DNA of 24,205 bases from a virus. Its lineage: Duplodnaviria > Caudoviricetes. A model generated the notes under the pieces. It saw only the letters and a program-made list of their open reading frames with translations. It did no database searches and was not told the origin of the DNA. The stretch is from IMG/VR virus record IMGVR_UViG_3300032326_000082, positions 1 through 24,205 of that record; one strand, written 5' to 3'. Within the stretch, counting starts at the first letter, position 1; each line of letters begins with the position of its first letter. Made by a program: the position numbers and the translations under genes. Below, piece by piece: positions 16,801 through 24,205 of this stretch.

Positions 16801-19800
16801 GCCGCCATGTTAATTTTGTTTTACAGATGATAAACAAGGACAGGCCAAAAACAAGCCCATACTATTTGTCAGACATGTTTGGTTATACAGCTTCAAATAG
16901 AATAGAATATACTGTTTTAGATTCAAGGATAAAAACATATCCGTTGACTAGTAAGTTTGGATTATCAACACTATCTAATAAAAGTGTAAACATTTATCTA
17001 AACGGAGAACAACTTGTTCACGGCCGAGATTATATATTCGGCGATGACGTATTTTTTGAATTGTTAATCGACATTTTACAAGATGACCTCATTGAAGCAT
17101 ATGAGTACGAAACTACTGATGGTTGTTTTTGTCCTGCCACGCCTACTAAGTTAGGATTATATCCAAAGTTTGAACCTAAGATTTACGTAGACGATACTTA
17201 CGCTGAACCTACTCGAGTAATACAAGGACACGATGGAAGCATTACTATCGCCTTTGACGATTACAGAGATCAATTAATTTTAGAATTAGAAACTAGAATT
17301 TTTAACAATATTAAATGTGAGTATAACTCAGACATTTTTAATATTTACGATTATATTCCAGGCTACAGTAGAACAACTCTTTATTCATTTAAAGAATTTA
17401 ATAAAATGTTGTCTAAGTATTTCTTCCAGTGGACTTCTAACATCCAAGAAGATTATACAAAGCATATCGGATATGACCAGACTGATAGTTTTACCTATAA
17501 CTATCGTGGCAACTTCACACCTGACAATCAAGATGTTCCCGCAGCTTGGCGCGGAATCTATATTTGGTTATTAGATACAATTCGTCCTCATAGCCACCCG
17601 TGGGAATGTCTAGGGTTTAGTATTGAGCCATCTTGGTGGCAAGATGTATATGGTCCAGCACCATATACAAGCGATAACTTAATTCTATGGGATGATATTA
17701 AAGAAGGTATTATTCGAGAACCCGGAGTTCCTGTTAGACGAGATGTTAAATTTGCTAAATCGTCATTGGCTTACGGCTTACCTGTTGACGACCAAGGTGT
17801 GCTATTGAGTCCTAAAGATTCAGGAATGGTATCTGGTACTATTCGTTCAGGTGACGGCGGCTATTTTGAATTTGGAGATCAAGCCACAGTTGAATCAGCA
17901 TGGAGACGCAGTAGCTATTATTCTTTTGCTCTTATTGAAACATGTTTGCTAATGCAACCTAACAGTGTGTTGGGTCGATGCTTAGATAGAAGTAGAATTG
18001 TAAAAAATTTAAACAATCAATTAGTATATTCTGAAACTGGTTTACGTTTACGATTAGAAGATATTGTTATTCCTTCGACTAGTAATAGAAACGGAGATGC
18101 TAGAGTTTACACCTGCGGATTAATTAACTATCTAGTAGATTATCTGTCAGGCGATAATGTGTTACTCTTAGACGAGTATCAGTCAGACTTAACATCTCTA
18201 ACAAATAAAATAACAACAAGATTAGGAGCGTTTACTAGTCAGCCTAAATATAAAATTTTATTAGACAGTAAGACTCCTAGCAGTACAGGCGGCGTTTTTG
18301 TGCCTGAAGAAAATTATTATGTAGATTTAAATATTTCCAGTGCTACAGCAAAAGTTGTTTATAGTGGAGTGATAATAACAAAGTTTGCTGACGGATTTGA
18401 AGTAAAAGGTTATGATTTTGACAATCCATATTTTACTTATTATCCATCTAGACAAGATGATAGGGTTATAAACGTAGGCGGCATTAGCGAAGGTTACATT
18501 ACTTGGAATTCAGGTCAAATTTATGCTGCTGGAAAAATTGTTAGAAACAGCAATCAATATTACAGAGTAAAAACTAATCATACAAGCGGCGAAACATTTG
18601 ATAGCCAATACTATGCTAGACTAGCTGAATTGCCAGTAGTAGGCGGCAGAGACGCCATGCTAAGAAAAACATGGGATTACGATGAACCGCAAACTATTGC
18701 ATACGGTACTAAAATAACAACTATACAAGCTGTGGTCGATTTCCTACAAGGATATGGCGCTTATCTAGAACAACAAGGATTTGTTTTTGATGACTTTAAC
18801 AATGAACTTGCTGTTATTACCAACTGGGAAACCAGCGTAAAAGAATTTCTATTTTGGTCAACTCAAAATTGGGCCGCAGGCGCAGTTATAAGTTTAAGCC
18901 CGGCTGCTAACAGATTAATTTTTAAATCTAATACTGCTGCTGTAGATGATCTCACAGATCCGTTTTACGGATATAGTATTTTTAGAGTTGACGGACAAAA
19001 ATTAGACACTGAGTTTATAACAACTTATAGAAAAGATGGCGAATTTACGTTACAGCCACAAGACACTAATCATGGAATATTTGGTGCTACTTTATTTCTT
19101 GTACAAAAAGAACATATTGTAGTGTTGGATAATACAACTTTATTCAATGACACTGTGTATGATCCTGAAGCAGGATATAGACAAGAAAGAGTTAAAGTAT
19201 TAGGCTATGTTACCAGTAACTGGAATGGCAGTTTTGAAATTCCAGGTTTTATATACGACCGAGCCATAGTTAATGCGTGGACTCCGTGGACTGATTTTGC
19301 CCTAGGCGACATCGTTAAACACAAAGAGTTTTACTACAGTGCTACAAGTTTCTTGGTAGGAACTGAAACGTTCAATGACGACAGCTGGGTATTGTTGACA
19401 GAAAAACCTAAATCAGAATTATTGCCTAATTGGGATTATAAAGCTGAAACTTTCGCTGACTTTTACGATTTAGATACTGACAATTTAGATAGCGGGCAAC
19501 AAAAAATTGCTCAGCATTTAATTGGATATCAGAAACGACAGTACCTTGAAAACATTATTCAGAATGATGTAAGTCAATATAAGTTTTATCAAGGCATGAT
19601 TATTGAAAAAGGCACACAAAATGTCTTAAACAAATTGTTTGATGTGCTAAGTGCTGACGGCATGGAAAGTTTAACATTCGATGAAGAGTGGGCATTCCGT
19701 GTTGGCGAATATGGCGCAGTTGATACATTCGACGAAGTTGAATTTAAACTAGATGAAAAAGAATTTAAAACTAACCCTCAGCCTATTGAGTTAGTAAACG

Positions 19801-22800
19801 CTATCGATCCATTGCTAACAGATTTTGTTTATAGACAACGTCCTGTCGATGTTTATGTTAAGCCATACAACTACACTAGCGATATTTGGCCAGTTAAAAC
19901 TGCCGGTACATATTTAAGAACTTCGGGATATGTTCGCTCGGCAGATGTAAAACTCAGCATAGATAATTTACAAGATTTAATTACTGTTGATATTTCTTCT
20001 TTTAAAGAAGGTGATTATGTATGGTGTGCGTTTGAAAATCGAGATTGGAATGTTTATAGATTTAGTAAAACACCTTTTAAGATTAACAATATTACATACT
20101 CGAACAAAGTAATAACTGTTGTATGTGATAAAGTAATTACGTTGAATGTTGGAGATGTAGTAGGAATAGAAAATAGTGCTGCGGTTAAAGGCTTTCACGT
20201 AATTGCTTCTGTTTCTTTGAATACATTCACTGTATCTAAAGAAGTACAAGGGTGGCAAACTTGGACTGATCAGGACACAGTGTTAAGTTATCAATTTAAT
20301 TTACACCGAGTTGAAAACATCGATAACGCAAATTCTATTATCCCACGTTACATTAAACCGCAAGAATTAATTTGGGCAGATAACAATGGTCAAAACAAAT
20401 GGATTGTTTATCAACATGCTCCTGTTTATAGCCGCGGCACAATTTTAAATATTGATGTTAAGTCAAATTTAAAATTTGGACTAGCCACCGCGATTACTGA
20501 TGATGGAAATCTGGCTGCTATAGCAGATAGCGACGGTGTTACAATTTATGAAAAAAGTTCTTCGGATAATGTCTGGTTAAACAAACAGCGTATTTTACCC
20601 GTTGTCGGTTTAGCTACAATGGCACCTGAGAAATTTGGTTCGCTGATTAAATTTAGTAAAGACGGACGATGGCTAGCAATTGCAGCACCAGAAGCTCTTA
20701 TTGGATTAAACAGCAATCAAGGGTGCGTGTTCTTGTACGCACAAGACGATGCTGGACAGTATAATTTATTAGATACTATTACTAGCCCTGTACCGTCGGC
20801 TGGTGAGAAATTCGGTATTAATCTTGCTTTTGGAAGAAAGCCTAATCCTACAATTTTATATAGCGCACTAATAGGCACATACACTGAAAACGGCAGCGGA
20901 GCAGTCTGGTCAGTTACACGTATAGGTTCTTCTTATGTATTACTAGTTTCTGATAGAGGCTTGCGTTACAAAGCCGGCGAAACTATTATTATTCCAGGAT
21001 CTCAATTGGGCGGCGCGAATATTGACAACGATTTGACTATCACTATCAATACAGTAGATTCTGTCACAGGATCGATAGAAAACTTTACCTACTCTGGCAC
21101 AGGCTTAGGCGATGTGTATATCTTGGCAATAACAGCAGAAGGATATAATAGCAATCAAGGTAGAGTTTACACTCGCAAATTTGAAAGTGTCTCCGGGTGG
21201 GACGAATTTGTAACACTGACAACTAGTACAATTTCAGGTGATTACTTTGGATACGATTTAGCGATTGACAGCAATTTAACAATAGTAGTATCTGCTCCAG
21301 CAGCAGATACCGAATCTGGAAAAGTGTTTGTATATTCTTATACTGACACAGGATACTCATTGAGTAAAACACTAACAGGAAACATAGCCGACGATGCTGA
21401 AAGATTTGGCGAAAGCGTTTCGATAACAACAGACGGAGAATATATTGCTGTCGGCAGCACATTAATGAATGTTGACAATAAAAAAGATGTGGGACAAATC
21501 TTAATCTATAAGCAATCTGATTCTACATATACCGCAGGTACTCCTTATCAAGTTATAGACAGTCCACGTAACGAAGTTAACGAACGTTATGGCACTGATA
21601 TTGAATTTATGAATGATAAAACATTAGTGGTGTTTTCTAAAAACGGTAATATGGAAAATATCACAGTGTTTGATGAATTGTCCACAACATTTGATAACGG
21701 TAATTTACAACTAATCGATGTGGCAGTTGATGTAGGCCGCATTGATATTTTTGATATGTACAACACTAAATTTGTCTATGGCGAAAGTCTAGATAATATC
21801 AGTGTTATTAATTCTGGCTACGGTGAAGAAATTGCTGTGGGCAATAATACAATCTTGGTAAGTGCCATTAAAGAAACTAGTCAAGGCTTTACAAATTCAG
21901 GTAACGTTTATTCTTATATTAAGCCAGGTGAAAAATTTAGCTGGATGCCTATTCATACACAAGTTGATAGTGTAGATATTGGAAAAATTAAAAAAGTTTA
22001 TCTTTATAATACAGTAACCAACGAGCTAGTAAAATATCTTGATGTTATCGATCCTTTACAAGGTGAAATTCCAGGAGTAGCAGATCAAGAAATTAGATAT
22101 AAAACTTTCTACGATCCTGCTATCTACTCTGTTGGCACATCATCAGTTAATGTTGATGATGGTATGAATTGGACTACAGTACAGGTTGGGCAACTGTGGT
22201 GGGATCTAACACGAGCCAAGTTCTTAGATACTCAAAGTGGCGATGTAATTTACAGAACCAGCAGCTGGAATGTGCTGTACGAAACAGCAAGTATAGATGT
22301 TTACGAATGGGTGGAAACTCCTCTATTACCTGCAGCTTGGATTAAACAATCAAGTACAGACGCTGGAATAGCCAGGGGTATTAGCGGCACACCAAAATAC
22401 GGTGACGAAGTTTACAGTGTTAAAAAACGTTATGACTCAGTTAGTAAAACTTTTAAAGAAACTTACTTCTACTGGGTAAAAAATAAAAAAGATACGCCCA
22501 ATGTTTCAGGTAGAACCCTAAGCGGTTATGACGTGGCTCAACTAATTGCTGATCCTGCAGGATACGGCTATAGCTATATTGCCTTCACAGGTACAAATAG
22601 TTTTGCATTAGTAAATTGTGAAAAATATTTACAATCTAATAATGTTGCGTTGAGTGTACAGTATTGGTTAAGTGATTACAAAACTAGCAATTATCACAGC
22701 CAGTGGAAATTGTTGAGTACTAATAGAAATACTATTATACCTACAGCCATTGAATCAAAATGGTTTGACAGTTTAATCGGTAAAGACTCCAATGACAGAG

Positions 22801-24205
22801 TCATACCCGATACTAGCTTACCTTTAAAGAATCGATACGGTATTGAATTTAAACCTAGACAAAGTATGTTTATGAACAGGGTTGAAGCCCTTAAAGTATT
22901 TGTCGAAAGTGTAAATGCTTCCATTAAAAATGAACTCATAGCCGACGATTATGACCTTGCCGCATTGGATACTTACGAACCATTGCCAAGCGAAGTGTCA
23001 GGTTTGTGGGACATTGCCATAGATACAGATTCGGAATTAAGATTTATCTCTACTACGCTGCTTCAAACAGCAGTGTTAAAACCTGTAATTACTAATGGTA
23101 GAATTACGGGTATCACAATCGTTTCATCAGGATACGGATATGGCACACTTAGAGAATATCCTAAAACTAATACATTAGACCCTGATAGATGGTTTGGCCC
23201 TGATATAAAAATTACGGGCACAGGCGCAAACGCCAAGATTAAATCTATAATAGATGCTCAAGGTAAAATTGTCAGCTATGAAATAGAAAATAGTGGCGAA
23301 GGTTATACAGCCAGTACAACTGCTGTTGTACGAGATGTATCAGTACTTGTTAGCAGTGACAGTGAGTCGTTAGATTTATGGAGCATCTATTCTTGGAGTG
23401 CCCGCACAGAACAATGGACTAGAATAAAAAGTCAAAGTTATGATGTTAGAAAATATTGGCAGTACTTAGATTGGTATGCCGACGGGTACAATCAATTTAT
23501 AAAGATAGACTATCTTGTAGAGAACACTTACGAATTAACAACTACCTATATGGATGTTGGCAGCATTGCTAAAGTTAGAAACGTAGGCCGTGGCGGTTGG
23601 CTTCTACTACTAAAAGTTGCTGATACACAAACAATAGATTATACACAAAACTTTACAGTCATCGGTAGACAAAATGGTACAATAAAATTCTTAGAATCAC
23701 TGTACCAATTTAAGTCTAGTACACTTGGATTCGATGGCCCGTTGTTTGATGCTGATATTTTTGATAACAGTCCTACAACAGAATTGCGAATAATTCTTGA
23801 AACTGTTCGAGACAAAATATTAATTGATGAGTATCGTGTAGATTACTTAAAGGCATTCTTTGCCTGTGTAAGATATGCGTTAAGCGAACAAACATTTATT
23901 GATTGGGCGTTTAAAACTAGTTTTGTCAAGAGTCAACATAATGTAGGCGAGCTAAAACAAAAAGTTACGTATAACAGTGATAATTTAGAATTCTTTGAAG
24001 AATACATTAAGGAAGTTAAACCTTATAGAACTAAAGTACGCGAGTACGTTAGTAACTATACCTCATTAGATTATTCTCAGAGTTCAGTATCTGACTTTGA
24101 TTTATTACCTGTTATTGACGATAACAGACGTGTCACACCTTTGTCAGTTCAAGTAAATGATAGTGCTGAAATTGTTACAGATTTTAGTGAAATATTAACA
24201 TATCC
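13881..24205 (+). CDS. Giant multidomain virion/baseplate protein (>3441 aa, 3'-truncated by the window; gp7-position)
   Basis: ATG 13881 overlaps the gp6 TGA. Starts MAYNNDQNEPKVP...DLLPRFYRT. Same frame confirmed by hand at 14460, 18504, 19278, 20460-21340, 23700 and 24000 (EYIKEVKPYRTKVREYVS) to the end. Its absence from the track fits a frame with no stop. Confidence 0.9.
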   Translation, partial: MAYNNDQNEPKVPISNVGKRSSADLLPRFYRTSGNKKFLQATVDQLIQPGTVKKLNGYVGRQTAKAVVSSDTFLEAADQTRQNYQLEPAAVVQDYLGNTTFFKDYIDHINHVSVFDGVVDNHSRLNREEFYSWNPNICWDKFVNYQQYYWLPFGPRSIEVLGNELEIISTYSVTGVDETDNVAYLFNPEGPLEGLIRNPKIRLFRGQTYIFDVDAAGHPFSIKTQRTAGDLYRYTKGVDAFAVEKGKITFTVPVDAPDVLFYVSENAVDTGGVFHVLDITENTAINLTTDFLGKKEYIIPNGTAEGLRISNGMKLSFGGQVTPEEYANDFWYVEGVGTAIRLVKDKDLEVRTSFNEETSILFDDEPFDQLPFGDASTLPSNKDYITINRSSPDKNPWSRYNRWFHQDVINASATANGVQADLDQTQRAIRPIIEFNAGIKLHNHGISSKQNIDVIDNFTKDVFSTIEGSLGYNVDGIDLADGMRVIFTKDTDILVRNKVYRVNFINVVVPSRQLSFNGTTSVNVTDNTFTFASEHGLSSSNRVTYLNNGFDTLPGLTNRQVYYVKVIDSFTIELHTNNALTKQVDIFSVVDAVYKFEVFSGSRRQITLTEESDATAVLYESVTVNYGIQEILTASISGNQGQTYWFTGTTWKLSQIKTKVNQAPLFDLFDNNQNSFVDNSIYDGSTFEGNKIFSYKVGTGTVDSELGFPLTYQNINNIGDIVFEFNLLTDKFAYKQLTNVLYKDTSTGYLKISKDIDRATYENGWTTSLIADSQPVVRVFKDHPYNGTTVPFPIDVFDNKDDLTDLEVRVYIDGIRLAKDQYTVVDGVVRKHVVLTTAVTTADVVTLRCFAKQAKNSNGYYELPISLQNNPLNHNVEQFTLGQVIDHVGSIVDNITTFTGTYPGYGNLRDIGNLSPYGVRFVQHSGPMNLSLYHLGSKSANIVKAIDMARNDYGKFKRAFIVAATESGIDTDPRRHVNFVLQMINKDRPKTSPYYLSDMFGYTASNRIEYTVLDSRIKTYPLTSKFGLSTLSNKSVNIYLNGEQLVHGRDYIFGDDVFFELLIDILQDDLIEAYEYETTDGCFCPATPTKLGLYPKFEPKIYVDDTYAEPTRVIQGHDGSITIAFDDYRDQLILELETRIFNNIKCEYNSDIFNIYDYIPGYSRTTLYSFKEFNKMLSKYFFQWTSNIQEDYTKHIGYDQTDSFTYNYRGNFTPDNQDVPAAWRGIYIWLLDTIRPHSHPWECLGFSIEPSWWQDVYGPAPYTSDNLILWDDIKEGIIREPGVPVRRDVKFAKSSLAYGLPVDDQGVLLSPKDSGMVSGTIRSGDGGYFEFGDQATVESAWRRSSYYSFALIETCLLMQPNSVLGRCLDRSRIVKNLNNQLVYSETGLRLRLEDIVIPSTSNRNGDARVYTCGLINYLVDYLSGDNVLLLDEYQSDLTSLTNKITTRLGAFTSQPKYKILLDSKTPSSTGGVFVPEENYYVDLNISSATAKVVYSGVIITKFADGFEVKGYDFDNPYFTYYPSRQDDRVINVGGISEGYITWNSGQIYAAGKIVRNSNQYYRVKTNHTSGETFDSQYYARLAELPVVGGRDAMLRKTWDYDEPQTIAYGTKITTIQAVVDFLQGYGAYLEQQGFVFDDFNNELAVITNWETSVKEFLFWSTQNWAAGAVISLSPAANRLIFKSNTAAVDDLTDPFYGYSIFRVDGQKLDTEFITTYRKDGEFTLQPQDTNHGIFGATLFLVQKEHIVVLDNTTLFNDTVYDPEAGYRQERVKVLGYVTSNWNGSFEIPGFIYDRAIVNAWTPWTDFALGDIVKHKEFYYSATSFLVGTETFNDDSWVLLTEKPKSELLPNWDYKAETFADFYDLDTDNLDSGQQKIAQHLIGYQKRQYLENIIQNDVSQYKFYQGMIIEKGTQNVLNKLFDVLSADGMESLTFDEEWAFRVGEYGAVDTFDEVEFKLDEKEFKTNPQPIELVNAIDPLLTDFVYRQRPVDVYVKPYNYTSDIWPVKTAGTYLRTSGYVRSADVKLSIDNLQDLITVDISSFKEGDYVWCAFENRDWNVYRFSKTPFKINNITYSNKVITVVCDKVITLNVGDVVGIENSAAVKGFHVIASVSLNTFTVSKEVQGWQTWTDQDTVLSYQFNLHRVENIDNANSIIPRYIKPQELIWADNNGQNKWIVYQHAPVYSRGTILNIDVKSNLKFGLATAITDDGNLAAIADSDGVTIYEKSSSDNVWLNKQRILPVVGLATMAPEKFGSLIKFSKDGRWLAIAAPEALIGLNSNQGCVFLYAQDDAGQYNLLDTITSPVPSAGEKFGINLAFGRKPNPTILYSALIGTYTENGSGAVWSVTRIGSSYVLLVSDRGLRYKAGETIIIPGSQLGGANIDNDLTITINTVDSVTGSIENFTYSGTGLGDVYILAITAEGYNSNQGRVYTRKFESVSGWDEFVTLTTSTISGDYFGYDLAIDSNLTIVVSAPAADTESGKVFVYSYTDTGYSLSKTLTGNIADDAERFGESVSITTDGEYIAVGSTLMNVDNKKDVGQILIYKQSDSTYTAGTPYQVIDSPRNEVNERYGTDIEFMNDKTLVVFSKNGNMENITVFDELSTTFDNGNLQLIDVAVDVGRIDIFDMYNTKFVYGESLDNISVINSGYGEEIAVGNNTILVSAIKETSQGFTNSGNVYSYIKPGEKFSWMPIHTQVDSVDIGKIKKVYLYNTVTNELVKYLDVIDPLQGEIPGVADQEIRYKTFYDPAIYSVGTSSVNVDDGMNWTTVQVGQLWWDLTRAKFLDTQSGDVIYRTSSWNVLYETASIDVYEWVETPLLPAAWIKQSSTDAGIARGISGTPKYGDEVYSVKKRYDSVSKTFKETYFYWVKNKKDTPNVSGRTLSGYDVAQLIADPAGYGYSYIAFTGTNSFALVNCEKYLQSNNVALSVQYWLSDYKTSNYHSQWKLLSTNRNTIIPTAIESKWFDSLIGKDSNDRVIPDTSLPLKNRYGIEFKPRQSMFMNRVEALKVFVESVNASIKNELIADDYDLAALDTYEPLPSEVSGLWDIAIDTDSELRFISTTLLQTAVLKPVITNGRITGITIVSSGYGYGTLREYPKTNTLDPDRWFGPDIKITGTGANAKIKSIIDAQGKIVSYEIENSGEGYTASTTAVVRDVSVLVSSDSESLDLWSIYSWSARTEQWTRIKSQSYDVRKYWQYLDWYADGYNQFIKIDYLVENTYELTTTYMDVGSIAKVRNVGRGGWLLLLKVADTQTIDYTQNFTVIGRQNGTIKFLESLYQFKSSTLGFDGPLFDADIFDNSPTTELRIILETVRDKILIDEYRVDYLKAFFACVRYALSEQTFIDWAFKTSFVKSQHNVGELKQKVTYNSDNLEFFEEYIKEVKPYRTKVREYVSNYTSLDYSQSSVSDFDLLPVIDDNRRVTPLSVQVNDSAEIVTDFSEILTY

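Noticed and set aside
1660-22939. The many 61-140 aa ORFs in the track that overlap long genes (e.g. 1660-1845, 3178-3414, 4552-4791, 5881-6204, 8719-9063, 12201-12623, 14136-22939 set)
   Set aside because: Antisense or off-frame shadows of well-supported genes, including the giant ORF; no recognisable motifs.
13882-24205. Apparent 10-kb gene desert suggesting stop-codon recoding or non-coding DNA
   Set aside because: It is one open frame in the standard code. The called genes end in TAA or TGA and none needs read-through.

Overview
Fragment of a large T4-related myovirus (probably jumbo) phage genome, read in the standard genetic code, with two divergent modules. The minus strand (4504->209) carries a gp55-type late sigma factor, gp47 (Mre11/SbcD), gp46 (Rad50/SbcC), a small basic helical protein and a stand-alone GIY-YIG nuclease. 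The nuclease stop is followed directly by a GC-richer, densely base-paired non-coding stretch (208->1, running off the window) that looks like a structured RNA. The plus strand (4583->end) is a contractile-tail baseplate operon: tube-initiator-like protein, gp53/LysM-like, hub, gp5-like spike, gp25, an enlarged gp6 and a giant (>3441 aa) multidomain virion protein that is missing from the ORF track because it has no stop in the window. The 78-bp gap between the modules holds a perfect sigma70 promoter for gp55, a T4-late-type TAAATA box for the tail genes and a 12-bp perfect inverted repeat, all overlapping. The best candidate for an undescribed system is the minimal GIY-YIG nuclease plus the adjacent structured RNA. 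All family assignments are from motif recognition by eye; no searches were run.
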